Assembly: GCF_009834535.1 (NCBI RefSeq)
Contig: NC_045697.1
Location: 21,578,001 to 21,642,000, forward strand
From: Camelus ferus
Lineage: Eukaryota
Direction of reading: 5' to 3'
DNA: 64,000 nucleotides
Positions 11,111 through 24,261 of the stretch are shown here, piece after piece (position 1 is the first letter of the stretch; each line of letters opens with the position of its first letter). The translations under genes were made by a program, and so were the position numbers. A model generated the notes under the pieces. The model saw nothing but the letters and a program-made list of their open reading frames with translations, had not been told where the DNA came from and made no database searches.

Positions 11111-13079
11111 ACATCAAAATAGTTGTACAATTATTTATTCAGCTATGGGTGATGGTTGCTAGTACAAGCTAATAACAACATAAAACTCATATATATGTGG
11201 ATAGTTGAGTTAGAATGAAGTTCTTCAGTGGATTAACAGGAATTACTGAAAACTTGTTTTGTGGTTGTTAAGTTCATCAAATCATTGAAGAAGAAATGTT
11301 TGAAAAGTCCTTTAAATCACATAAAGAAGGTAGATGTTTGATCCAATTCCAAATCAATATCCCTTCCTCCTTTAAAAATATATGTCTAATTTCCAGCTCA
11401 CTTTACAAATTTTTTCCAAATCTTTCAAACCTCTATGGCATTCTTCTCTGGTGTTTCTATATGAAAAGCTTCCTGGATGTCTGTTTTATATTGTTCTAGT
11501 ACTTATCCAAATATTCATTTTTAATTAACATTTCCTATCTCTATTTCCTAAGGCTGTTATATAACTGTGTCTATGATACCAGAGAGATCACGGACTTTGC
11601 TTCTGTAAGTCACAAAACCCTTCAACTAATTATCCTGCAATTAGCAATGCACAATGAAGAAGTAAGTTCTTAATATTTGCTTGTGGTTGACAAGTATTAT
11701 GACAATGCAATTTTCTGAAAAGGTTACCAGCTCACTGGGAGTATTTAGCAATGGAAATAAGGCCCCTACACCTGGGGCCTGACATAATGGACCATATTGC
11801 ATTCATATCTAACATCATGAGGCCCACTATAATATAAATGGTGAAAGTAAGCGGATAGCTAAACTGATAGACTTTATGCATGGATTAATGTCTTTGAAAA
11901 ATGTTTATTAGTGTATTTGTACCTCCAGTATGTCTGAAAAATGTAGGTAATAATCTACCTTCTGGAACAGCACTGAATATATATGTGTATATATGAATAC
12001 ATTTACTTAGTTTCACATCCACACACCCACAAGCAAACATACAAAATATCCATTATATATATTTGTAAACTTATATAGAGGACTTCCTTTTTTATGTGTG
12101 AACTATGCACGTGGTATCTTATTTTTAAAACACATTATGTGTATAAGAAAGACTGCATTACACATATCCATATGTAGGAGCCTAAGCGATTGTTGATCTT
12201 TTTTTAAATAGGACTATTACTCCATGATCTCTTATTTCTAAATCCAGAACTCTCTTCCCTACTGTCCTATGAAGGGGAAAGTGGAGTGTGTGTTGGAGAG
12301 CAGAAGTAGATGAGAGGCCTTTGTAAATCAAAGAATGAAAACTCATCATTTTGTCCTTAGATATGTGACATACAATTTAACCACATTCATCAAAGGAAAA
12401 ACATTCAGGAAAAACTTTAAGTCCCCTAGTTCCATTTGTTAAAGGTGATATAAGTTGATCTTTTTTATTGCTTTATGCTTTTTTTTGAAAAATGAATTTT
12501 CCTCATTGAAGAAGTTTGCCCTGCCTTGGAAAACAGCTTGCCATCAAACATGTTCCCAAGATATTTACAAGCTTGATGCATTAAAGGGAAGAATTTTTGT
12601 ATACAAGTCTTTGCAAATTTTCTTGGATGAAATGCAAGAAGGGTTTGATTTGTATGAGATTCTACTTGATGGCAAACAGGGCAGAGCTATCTCATGGTTC
12701 CCAGGAGGCTTACACCCAACAGCATGAAAACTTGGAAGTCTGCCTGTATTACCTTATGTGATGACTGCAGAGCTCAATCGCATTTAAGATTTAATATCAT
12801 TGGCAAGATGCCTCCAGCAGCCACTGAATAATATGGAGTAAAAATGTCTTAATCTCCAAAAGATTGCTGCCTTGTGAAGTAAATTACTCTAGTTACATTA
12901 ACAAGTTAACTAGGTACAAGGTGAGAATATAAAATCTTAGAACTAAACTCTGGTTCATATATATTCAAAAGGTAGCAGGATAAAAGCAATGTATAGACTA
13001 AGAAGAAGCAGGGAGAAATTTGTGATGTTTGGACACCAAAGAAGACTGAAATTTATGAGAAAGAAGTATCAACCTAGTG

Positions 13080-13305
13080 TAAAAAGCCGGGTCTCCTTTG
13101 GCTCTAATACTAAGTTTGTCATTTCTAAGTAGTGTGATCTTGGACAAGTAACTTAAATTCTTAATATCTGTTTTCTTGATTGTAAAATTGGATTAATAAT
13201 GAAACCTAGCTCATGGAATTATCAGGGAGGCTTTAAAGGATAAAATACATTAAATTATTAGAACATCTAGACTTTTATACTATAGTTTTATGTTATTATC
13301 ATTAT
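13080..13305 (+). mobile_element. MIR SINE
   Basis: gtgtgatcttggacaagtaacttaaattc...tgtaaaattggattaataatgaaacctagctcatgg. Confidence 0.75.
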
Positions 13306-16029
13306 CAAAGTCATTAAAATTAGGAATTAAAAGTGATCATTTTCTTTACTTTTCTATATGTAACTTCTATTGTTACCACAATTTCTTTATTTCTTAATGC
13401 CTACATTCAGTTCAAGCTCTAAAGAGAAAAGACTGAAATTTTTCTATTATTTTAAAGGGTTAATAACACATTCTTTAGAATGGAACAAAGTCTCTTATTC
13501 TTTATCCTAAAATGACCCACTAAAATAGTAACCTGTGAGTTACAGAGAATTTGGTAAATCTAAAAACTCACCTTGCTATTTATTTTAACAACATTAAATT
13601 AAGATGAATGCAAAGATTCTTTAATCTGGAAATAAAGATGAGAGATGCATCAGTACATATTTGGTGATTGAAGCCAAAAAATTAGTAATTTTGGACATTA
13701 GGAAATTTAAATCCTAGGACATTATTTAAGAATGTACAACTGCTAGACTGGCACTAAAACACAAACACTGGTGTGGAGGCTACCAATTGTAAAGCTAGTA
13801 TTCATAAACACTAAGGACTTCTCTCACAATACTTTGATATTTTTTCCCCAAAGTGTGACCAAGGATAGAGCATTTATCGAGACTTAATTGTGATAAGTAT
13901 CAGGATTATGTGTTTTTCTGAAATCCATCAATGAAACATAATGAAATAATCTATAACCACTGATTTAATATTTCCCCTGTTATTTGATTGTGAATATGGG
14001 GGGTGGAGAATAAAGTTTAATAAAATTTCAATCACATAGATGCAATAGCATTCAATCTCAATATCCCAAACAAGTGGTTCAAAACAGAATGTCATATATC
14101 AAATCACTGATATGCTCATCCAGGACAGTGACCTTAGCATTTGTCATCTTGTCACTCGTAAAAACCCTCAAGACCTCAAGAGGCAGAAATGTCCAAAGGC
14201 CTGTCTCAGATAGGTTGATTTAAATTCTCATGTATTTAGAATCAATTGGAGACTTTTCAATAAAACTAAAATTATATAGCAGTTTTAAAAAGAATTTTGC
14301 TATCAGAGGAAACACAGCAGTAATGAGACAGAAAAAAAAAATATTAATAAAAAGAAACCCCTGCATTTACTTGGCATTAGTTTTGGCTATTTAGATTCTG
14401 CTTTCAAAGGATGTCCATGATAATTATTTTTCTTTGTTTGTTTTCCTTCGGATTGGCTCTTCATTTGACAATGACTGTGTAAGCTCTATGTTTTGAATAT
14501 GCGCCTGATTGACAACAGCAAAAGAGGAAGAAATGGTCACTTAACTTGAAACTCCACAGGAAAACAGGACACTCATATAAAGATGATTTTAAGAGCTGAA
14601 TATATGTTATTCTGTTTGAAAATCATTGTACTGAGAGAATTTTAATAATAATATTTTAATTAATGTGTGATGAGAAGGAAGTCTGCATTTATGGTACTTG
14701 TACAATATTCACTTTGATTTCATGTCTTTTAAAAATATATTTTCTACAGTAACATATCTGGTTCATTGACAGTCATTTATACTACTCATTAGATGATAAT
14801 ACATGAATGAAATTGTAGTTAAATGCATAAAATATCACTACATGAGGCAAAAATTCTAAAACAAATGTATTAAAAAATGCTGTCTTCCATTCTGTCTGAT
14901 ACTCCAGTTGATCTCTGATATTTAGGGTTACCATGACAACATGAAATTTGTGTACTACTTAGCATTTAAGAATTTATTTTAATTTTTATCCTTATTTGAT
15001 TTTTTAATATATTAAATGATAATTTCTCACATATTTCTGTTATATATCAAAATAATAAAACATTTGAGCACCTTAAAATGTTCTAATAAGTTATTATAAA
15101 TATTATTGTAATAAATTATATAGTTACTGTTTATGAAGTTACAATAAATTATATAATTAATAAAAATATATAGGTATATAGTTTTCTGACAAATTATTAA
15201 AATACTATAATAAAGGACACAAAAAATTATGGCAAATGCTTTGCCCTTATGGAATACTTCTTTATTCCTAATAATACAAATAATTCTAAGAATTAACAGC
15301 AGCCCTGATATTTAATAATTTAGTCCATACACACACATGCAGACACACATACACTCACACACTAACACACAAAAATCATATACTGGCCAATGTTAAGGGC
15401 TCCTTCTTAAGAAGACAGTGTCATATCTAACACTTGTTTTGTTGTTTTGGTGGTTGAAACTCTCCCAGTAGGGACTTTGCTTTATTGGTAACCCTCTTTT
15501 CCCAAAATGCCATCACAAGGAAATGACTGATTCAACTGTGGCTAAAGAGTTTATGAGTGATTTGTTCACATACTTATTTCTATTTTTCATTTTGTGAAGA
15601 TCAATGGAAGTCAGCAGTTATGATACTTAAAAATCTAAAAAGCATTAAGTGCACCACCACATAGTAGGTCCAGAAATGTTCCCATGTGTGTTTATCAGCT
15701 TTACTTATACAAAAACCTACAGCAAAACTCCAAAGAAGGACTCCATCTTTTCACCTCCTGCTCCTGGGAAGGCGGTGGGGATATTCAGCCTGAGGGGCAA
15801 ATCATATTAAAATAAAAGGTAAAGAAATGGCACAACCTTATACAAGGCCAAAAATAATATAGACCTTGTTTAGAACTATTACCTATTAAAGGACGTGTGA
15901 AAAGCAAGAACAACGATGAACAAACAAAAACTGTTTGATCCCAACAGCTTGCCTTTCACTCTTACTTGTCTGCTAAAAAACACAAATGAATTGTAATAAG
16001 GATAGATAAGCAGTGTTTTCAGATGACAC

Positions 16030-16322
16030 CTTAAACTCAGGAAATGACCAATATTCAGCCCAATTGGCTTAGTTTGCCAGGGATTGTCTTCAAAGAGAAC
16101 ATAAGAGAAAATACTTGGTGTTTCAGGGAACATTATTTCTTCCTGATGAAAAGGGAGAGTAGTAAGAAAGATCTCCTCCACACACTTCTTCCTTGCTGCT
16201 TTCAGATGTTGTTAACTGAGGATGTGATACTGAAACCCCAGCACCATCTGATGAATGGAGGAGTAGCCCGAATACTCAGCAGAATGCTTGAAAAGGATTC
16301 CATCATTCCATCACTGGAGCAC
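16030..16322 (+). mobile_element. MLT1J/K-like MaLR LTR fragment
   Basis: ttcctgatgaaaaggg...ggatgtgatactgaaaccccagcaccatctg resembles old MLT1 subfamilies. Confidence 0.5.
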
Positions 16323-17534
16323 CCTTTTTGATATTCTCTTTTTCTAGAATTTCTATTAAAGGAAAGCATACAAGTGCCTACAGTAGAAGCCAAAATTATT
16401 CAGATTTTCTGCAACTTGAAGACAACACATCCTCACTGAATCAGATGCCCACTTGGAAATCAGATTCAGGATTACACATATTTGTTGATTTTCTCCATTC
16501 TCTTATTCCACTAGGAAGCAGTTTTGGTTAATTTGTGAAACCAGAAAGAATTTGAAGCCATAGGAAATATATAAATTATGATGGCTATAGAGTCTGCTTG
16601 CCCTTGTTTTGTCCACTTGTAATTTTATCTGGTACCCTTCTTTTCTCTATTTCACTTACTTTTACTGCTTCATTTTCATGTGCTTTATCCTATCAATTAA
16701 CATCAATTCATATTACTATATTTGGTTGGGCAAGATAAGAAATTATTACCCATGCTAATCCAAATAGCATAACATTCAACTATCAGTGAGTACACATGTA
16801 TAGCATATAATTTTGTGCCTTATGTTTATCTTTGCAATTATGCTCTGTTTACCATGATATTAAAATTACTTGGATGCCTTCTACTGGTGCCAATTGAGGA
16901 CAGAAAGAGGACAAAGGTAGAAAACATTCAGGAGAAAGTCAGAGTATACCACAAAAATGCAACAAATTAGAAAGCTAGAAGGTTAATAGTAACTACTTAA
17001 TCCAGTTCCATTCATGAGAAAACTAAGATGAGAGACACAAAGCAGTATCAATCCCTTGTGGTGGTATAGTCAAGAAATGAATCCAGGTTCCTATTTACTG
17101 ACATGGTCCTCTCTTAATTGCATTACATGGCATGCTTTCAAATGGAGCATCTTGGATGTCACATGATTTGCCCTGTTGATAAGCCAAGGCAAGTTAGCCT
17201 TACCTATGTAAAATATTAAATGAAGGATGGATGCAGAAATGAGCTAACAAGAGGGAAACTAAAAGAACAATTTAATTCAAAACAGTACAGATAGATTTTC
17301 TTTTTAATCCTCTCTTCTCCCAATTCCCCTGTTTGAATATTTCTTCTGGGCATTATCTTATTTAATTATAATTATTTGTTGATGTCTTCTTACATCTGTA
17401 TGTATATTTTTTAACTCTGGTCTTTCTATTCATGTATAGGCCAGGCATTTTTTCTAGGATCTAGGAAGATTGTGTAAATAAACTGACAAATTGCCCCTTC
17501 TTTCACTCTAATGTGAGAAATAAATAATAACAAA

Positions 17535-17765
17535 TAAATATATAACCTAACATTGGGTATTTTCCATGTGCCAGGCACTGTTTTAAGCCCCTTAGATAAA
17601 GTAACATTATCACTATCAAGGTACTATTATTAGCCTCATTTTTAGGGTTATGGAAACCAGAGCACAGAGTGGTAAGGTAAAATTGCTCAAGGTCACATAA
17701 CTACTAAAAAGTAAAACCCAGGAAATATGGCTCCAAAATCTATTCTCTCAACTGCTATGCCGTGA
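17535..17765 (-). mobile_element. MIR SINE
   Basis: atgtgccaggcactgttttaag...ggaaaccagagcacagag...ttgctcaaggtcacataactact. Confidence 0.8.
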
Positions 17766-17870
17766 TAGCTCTCCATGTAAGAAGAGTTCTGAAAACAAAT
17801 TAGAGTGTAACTTGTTAAGAGAAAATAGAATGGATGTATGAAATGGGAGAGGGTTTTTATTTAAAGAGGA

Positions 17871-18488
17871 AGATACATGCACCCCAATGTTCACAGCATC
17901 ACCATATACAATAGTCAAGACATGGAAGCAACCTAAGTGTCCATCAACAGATGACTGGATAAAGAAGTTGTGGTATATTTATATAATGGAATACTACTCA
18001 GTGGTGAAAAAAGAATAAAATAATGCCATCTGCAGCAACATGGAAGAACCTGGAGATTGCCATTCTAAATGAAATAAGCCAGAAAGAGAAAGAAAAATAC
18101 CATATGATATCACTCATATGTGTAATCTTAAAAAAAAAAAAAGAAAAAGAAAAAAAGAGGACACTAATGAACTCATCTACAAAACAGAAACAGACTCCCA
18201 CATAGTAAATAATCTTATGGTTACCAAGGGATGGGGGTGGGAAGGGATAAATTTGGGAGACTGAGATTTGCAAATGTTAACCACGATATATAAAAATAGA
18301 TTGAAAAAAACAAATTTCTTCTGTATAGCACAGGGAACTATATTCAATATCTTGTAATAACCTTTAGTGAAAAAAGAATATGAAAATGAATATACATATG
18401 TATGCATAACTGGGACATGATGCTGTACACCAGAAACTGATACATTGTAACTGACTATACTTCAATTAAAATAATGAAATAAAATAAA
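17871..18488 (+). mobile_element. 5'-truncated young L1 (camelid-type): ORF2 end and 3' UTR
   Basis: Encodes AATWKNLEIAILNEISQKEKEKYHMISL (ORF2p C-terminus); 3' UTR ends gactatacttcaattaaaa plus A-rich tail; TSD aaagagga (17863-17870) / aaatagga (18489-18496) after TT; inserted into an L2. Confidence 0.93.
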
Positions 18489-18492
18489 AAAT

Positions 18493-19078
18493 AGGAGAGC
18501 CTCAATGAGAAGATAAGGGAGTTAGCCAAGTAACTAGATGAGAAAGAACTTCAAAGGGGTCTGCAAAGGTAAAGCCTTACTGTGGGATGTGCTTCCTGTG
18601 TTCAGGGCATAATCAAGAAAACACCTTGGATGATCTGCAGATGGCGGATGAGTCAACAGAGTGAGAAATGACCAGATCATGTCAGACTTTTGATTGCAGT
18701 ATATTTTTTATGAGTAATGAAAACATTTTGAGGAACTCTGAGCAACTAAGTAGCACATTCAGATGAAAAGGATTAGTTAGCCTGGGAAATACCATATAGG
18801 CACTAAAAGTGAAAGAAGAAGAATCAATAAATATTTGAGCTTTAACAGCAGAGGTGGTGAATGGTGGTCAGTTTTTTTTATATTTGTATCACAATTTCCT
18901 GGACACTGGATATGAGGGGTGGAAATAGCCTAGAGTTAAGTCTGACTTCAAGTTTTTTGACCTTAGCCCACAGGCAAATGACAGTGCCAGGTACTGTAGT
19001 CGGGAAGCCTAGGAGAGAAGCAGATTTGAGGGTAGGGTAAACATGCAATTTGTGAATCTGTAACTTTGAGACACCTGT
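18493..19078 (-). mobile_element. LINE L2 (continuation of the element split by the L1)
   Basis: gaccagatcatg...gacttcaagttttttgacc...ggagagaagcagatttgaggg...tttgagacacctgt. Confidence 0.7.
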
Positions 19079-19089
19079 TTTTCCTACAT

Positions 19090-19352
19090 TGTTTTATGTG
19101 GTAGCCTCTGGTACTTAGCAGAGACCAAATTTTACATTTTATTTAATCTACTGAAGTTAAACTTAAATTTAAAGCTGCTACTCAACTCACTGAAAAATTT
19201 TCCTTGTATTTGGATCAACTTAGCTTGTGACTCTACTTTCTGAACTGCAAATTTTATAAAATCCAAATACAGATCAAGTAATTGATGAAAATCTAGTATC
19301 TGAATTGGGATATCTTTTAAGTGTAAAATACATGCTAGTTTTCAAAGATTTG
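19090..19352 (+). mobile_element. MER33/Charlie1-derived hAT fragment
   Basis: ctactttctgaactgcaaattttataaaatccaaatacagatcaagta...gatgaaaatctagtatctgaattg...agtgtaaaataca matches Charlie1/MER33. Confidence 0.75.
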
Positions 19353-19856
19353 AGTTGAGTACCCCATAAAATATATTGTCTTCCATTCATTAGAGATATT
19401 GAGATTGGAGATACACATTTTGAAAGCATCAGTAAAAACATGGTGTTGAAGCTTTGGAAATTAATCATTTGATTAAAGAGTGTGTTTGGTTAGCAAGGAG
19501 TAACATCTTCCTATGGGTTGACAATGTGATCATGGTGAGCACCTGGCTTCTTCAGAGGAGGTCTGGTTTGCTTATTAGTGTTCAGGAGTTGGGGGATGGG
19601 TGGGGAAGGAAGGGAGAGGAAGGAGAGCTTTTATCCTCTTTGTTTTCATACAATCTTAGAAAAATAGCTAGATGCTTAGATTTCAGTCCTTTTCACCCAC
19701 CATTCTTCAGTACATCTAGACCAATTTTGGCAAGATAAAACTAACCCTCAAATCATTTAGCTAATTTTCAAAAATTTTCCCAGAAAAGTAGTGATTAATT
19801 AAGATTAGGATTTAAATACATTTCAATGTATAATTCAGCAATGATTCCATTATCCT

Positions 19857-19990
19857 CAGGGTGACCAGATGCCCAGGTTTTCACAAGCCTGCTCTAGTTA
19901 GAAGCTTCTTGTTTGATTTAATTATCAATAGTGTTCCTTTTCACCCTAAACTGTTTCCTGATTCAGATGATAAATTATATATTCACCCAA
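19857..19990 (-). mobile_element. MER94 hAT-Blackjack MITE
   Basis: cagggtgacca...gatgataaattatatattcaccc; 8-bp TSD attatcct (19849-19856) / attattct (19991-19998). Confidence 0.85.
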
Positions 19991-20139
19991 ATTATTCTAC
20001 TGTTTTTCTTTAGTCTGATGAATCAAGGGTTTTTTTGTTAGTTTATTTCATCTGGTTTTCTGTTTTTGCTTTTATTTTGTTTTTTGGTTTTGTGCTTTAC
20101 TTTGTTTAATTTCATATTTTTATTTTATATTTCCTAATA

Positions 20140-20310
20140 CCTGTCTTATTGTTTTCTGTTCATCTCCACCACATTACTTTAATTAATTATCAGGTCAGCA
20201 TCAATTCTTACTTGGATTATGCAATCAGATTCTTAACTAGTGTTCCTGCCTCCTCATCTCATTACTCTAATCCTATCAACACTGCAGGACTGATCTTTCT
20301 AAACTACTAT
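20140..20310 (+). mobile_element. LINE L2 fragment
   Basis: cttggattatgcaatcagattcttaactagtgttcctgcctcc...tgatctttctaaa. Confidence 0.65.
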
Positions 20311-21369
20311 AAAGGAAGTAAATGTGAAGGATTCAGAATGGCAGAAAAGGAAGAGATTGATAAAAGAAAGACAGAACTGGAGGTGAGACCAGCCTCACAA
20401 TGTGCTGACATTTAAATTTGACCTTGATAAAGAGACAGACATTTCCCCATGGGGGTAAAAAATGAAAAGAAAAGGCAGAGACTCTGATAAAGAAGAAAAG
20501 AAGGTAAAACCAGGAGAAGGTTGTAGACCTCCCTGACATAGGACTGTTCAGTTTATGCTTTCCTGCTACAAAGCTCTTAAACTTTTTTTAATCTCTTCTC
20601 AGAAAACATTTTTTGCAGAATAATGTTTATTTTCTACATAAATGCATACTGAATGCACTATAAAATGTGATAATTCAACAATATGATTCCAAACAAAGAC
20701 ACACTCAAAAATGAAAAGAGGTTTCTAGTGACAAATTGTCTAGCTTGTACAATGTCACATGGGGCATCTTTGAGTCACCTGCCATGTTTTGATGGACCCC
20801 AAGCAATTTACATTCCCCTACCTATGCCAATCAAGACAAGTAAAAATGTAGCATTTTCTGCAACTCCTCTATCTGTTTTGCATATGCAATATTTCCAAGT
20901 ATTTTAAAATCCTCTCTAATATAGCCTTTATCTTTTCCTAAGCATGTTTTCTGTGTTGTAACAATATTTAAGGGCTGCTTGTTTGTTTGCCAGAATAACT
21001 GGCACACTAAAAGACTGGAAACATAAACAAAGAATAATGTAACTTTCTAAGAATGATCCCTTTGCTGCTTTTATCTACCAACCACAAGTCATTTATTCTT
21101 TTTTTAGTGAGGCCAGCACACATTCAGTAGAATACATGTTATGGAAATAATTTTCTAATTAATAATTTGAGTGTTTTAAATAATTACTTTTAGGACCAGA
21201 GATTCTTAGCATGTTAAAATGCTAAATGTAGCCACTTCTTCCAAAAATACACACCAGGCTCATGGCATCAGTGAGGTCACTTTCACTAGGGCATGGGTGT
21301 AATGAGGTAGGCAGAGTAATTGGGAATTGGGAAATCAGAACAAGAATCTTAATTCTGCTAAGAAGATCC

Positions 21370-21463
21370 CCAGAATAGGGACTTTCTTTTATTTACTGCT
21401 GTGTTCTAGCATCTAGACCAAAGCCTGACTTTCATTAGCACTAAATAAACACTGATGAATGAA
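21370..21463 (+). mobile_element. LINE L2 3' terminal fragment
   Basis: tttactgctgtgttctagcatctaga...aataaacactgatgaatgaa. Confidence 0.65.
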
Positions 21464-21976
21464 CTCAAGGATACCAAGCACAGCAGTTCTTCAGTTTTCT
21501 CATCTGATGTTAAAGGGTCATATCAAAGAATTCTGATGTTTCTGTTGCATCCTATATTCTATAGTTTAGCTAACAAAACAATGTTAAATGTTATTTTTGT
21601 TGCCTATCATTTTCCCTATATCATTCTTCCTTCCTTCCTTTCCTTTCTTTCCTTCTCTTCTCTTTGCTTATTTCTCTTTTGTCCTCTCCATCTTTGTCTT
21701 TTTTCTTTTTTTTTCCTTTCTTATTAACACCTTAAAGATAGTAGAACTGAATCTTTTCAAGTTTAAATAGCATGAGTGATCTTTGCTTAGAAGCAGATGA
21801 TAAGTAGTGGTCCAGAAAAAAGGAAACAAGGAGCCCTTCTCTGCCTTTCAGAGAATGCACAGAACATAGGAAACACTTCTTTTCACATAGAAAAGGAAAA
21901 GCTGTCAGCCCTGAGACACAGGGAGGTGCTGAGATACAGGTACCCTTCTGCTTCTCGAAAGTTTGCTTTATGCCAC

Positions 21977-22599
21977 TGAGACAGGAAGGGGGCAAGTCAC
22001 AGCCATTCCAGGAATGATACAGCAATTAACATCAAAATGGTGGACGGTTCAACCTCCAGAAGGCCTTGAGGCTCAAGATTTGATTTCTAGTAGACCTTGA
22101 GCTTCATTATACACTCATGGTAATATATTAGCATGGTAAATAACATGCCCACAGGCACCATGGAAGTCCCAAGGCTAGCCACAAAAGGTCAAAGAGCGGG
22201 AAATGACCAACTTCCTAGGAATCCCAGCCCCTTCCCCAGGCTACTTAGACTGGTCCTTCCACTTTTTAGCATATGGAGGCACCAAGCCCATAAAAACTGG
22301 CAACATGGTGCTTCACAGCCACTGCCCCCTCCCTCTGCCTCTTCGGAGACGGCCCACACTCTGTCTCTGGGATGTGTACCTACTTTTAATCTGAGCACAC
22401 AACCCCCACACCTCGTGGCCTTTCTCTTATCTTTCAATGTATCTCTCTGAATAAATCTACCTTTACTCAACTGTGGCTCGCTCTTGAATTCTTTCCCGCA
22501 CGAAGCCAAGGACCCGCACTTGGCGGGGCACGTCCCAGGGGCTCAGCCGAGAGCTGGGACACGGCCCTCCTCACACCCTACACCCGTTTTCCCGCATCA
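21977..22599 (+). mobile_element. ERV1 solo LTR, MER41-like (623 bp)
   Basis: TG...CA termini with perfect 4-bp TSD CCAC (21973-21976 / 22600-22603); MER41-like blocks attagcatggtaaataacatgcccacaggcaccatg and ctcgctcttgaattctttcccgcacgaagccaagga; TATA-like cataaaa; AATAAA at 22450-22455. Confidence 0.9.
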
Positions 22600-22601
22600 C
22601 C

Positions 22602-22619
22602 ACTTTCACTTTCACGGAA
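22602..22619. promoter_or_regulatory. Putative overlapping IRF/ISRE (GTGAAAGTGAAAGT on minus strand) and GAS (TTCACGGAA) element
   Basis: Sequence actttcactttcacggaa; motif match only. Confidence 0.4.
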
Positions 22620-23949
22620 GGCCTGCCTTGGTACCCGTTTTCCCCAGCCAAAAGAAACTTGAAGAGGATTTTTGCTTTTTGTAAAAAGGCAAAAGTTGAA
22701 AACAGTGTTCAGCATTTGTTTTGCAGGGAGCTGTTACAGAGGCAGCGTACACCCCAGCAGAGAGGGGCACTGCCAAGCTTCTTCCCTGGGACCCACACTC
22801 AGCATCTCAGCATCAAGCTGCCATAGCTTTGAACTGTGTCTGAGAGCATCTATGTTCTATCTGGATTTATTTTGTGCATCCCTTAGCAAGATGTGTCCTA
22901 AGGTAATTTGTTTGCTTTACGCCATTTCAGCTTAGGAAGGTTTCAAAGGAACACTTTATTTTAGACAGTGGGGGAAACCTGTATTACTTTCTTATATTTT
23001 TATGTTATCTATTTTTGTTCTAAAAATCTCTGGCAAGTTTTAGGTCTCTGCCATGAATGCAGACTCTTTCCTGACACATTTTCTGTCTTTGATTCATTCT
23101 ATTACTACAAAACCATTTACTTCATAGAGAACCCTGCATTTGGGTTCCAGATTATCTTCCTATTTTAGTTTTTATCTAGAATGGAATTTATAGCACATTT
23201 CTGTACCTGTTTTCCCTTGCCCACTTCAAAGTCAAGCAGTTGATGGCATGTATACTTATAATAGGCATTCAATTTATAGCAATGTGGTGAAAAATAGTAA
23301 CTGAAAGAAATTCATTGTTAACAACTGAGTTTTAAATTTTTCATTATTTTTAATTTGGGGAGGTATTTTGGGAGTATTCATTGTATCCCTGAAATCACAC
23401 TGTGTAGTAAAGGTGTGCCTCTTTGTTTCCTAAAAATGAGTATTGTTTCTGCCCAAATCAGATACGTGGACCAGTTTTTATTTGCAACAGCATCTGATTT
23501 CTCTTCTATTCATCTGGTTATAATTACACCTACCAACTTATCTGTGCCTTTTAGTGCACTTAATACCATAGCACACCAACTTAGAAACAGCAAAAACAAC
23601 AAAATGTTTGAACAGAAGGGCAGACAGGCAGTTGATGAGTAAAGGAAGACTTTAAAAACTCAAATGATGTCTCAGAATAATGGCAAAATAATTCCTTGTA
23701 AGTGACTACATGTGACTGACAAGCTCTACACCCATTAATTTCCTGCTCTTTTCTGTAATTTTGAAAAATTGTATGCTTTTTATCCTTACTTCCATTTTTT
23801 ATTTCAGTAGAAAGTTTCTTCACTGTTTTCTTAGAAACAATTTATACATATAAATCACCACAAAAGATGATTCCTCTGCTCTTTTATGTCATTTAAAAAT
23901 ATATATTCATTTATTCAATGTCTTAATGGTCACTATTGCCCGACCCCTA

Positions 23950-24255
23950 ACATTATCAATTTGCAGCTAAGTCATGTTATTTCCTACTAGCTGTTTTTTC
24001 TTTTTTTCACTCCTGTTTCTTTAAGTCTGTTCAGATCCCTATCATCATAATTTACTCAATTGTAATAAATTCCTAGATGTCTTCCTCTCTCTAGTATTCC
24101 ATATTTTCACTCCATCTTGCAGTCCCCCTCTAAATTCACCTCTTCCCAAAGCCATTCATATTATATCACATTCAAAATTATTTTATTTTTATGCACTGAA
24201 TAAAGTCCAAATTCTCAGATTGTGTGATAGTGATTAAAGCTATATTTCCAGTCTC
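23950..24255 (+). mobile_element. LINE L2 fragment
   Basis: ttgtaataaattcctagatgtcttcctctctctag...ccatcttgcagtc...gaataaagtccaaattctc. Confidence 0.5.
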
Positions 24256-24261
24256 TCTTAT

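Noticed and set aside
18023..18205. ORF MPSAATWKNLEIAILNEISQ... (also 24734..24943 and 58933..59148)
   Set aside because: C-terminal remnants of L1 ORF2p in 5'-truncated copies, not host genes
22480..22640. CpG-rich patch as a CpG-island promoter
   Set aside because: Short, and mostly explained by the U5 region of a relatively young LTR
22582..22644. 12-bp direct repeat acccgttttccc inside and just outside the LTR end
   Set aside because: The LTR boundary is already fixed by the CA terminus and CCAC TSD; I have no support for a mechanism, so it is likely coincidental
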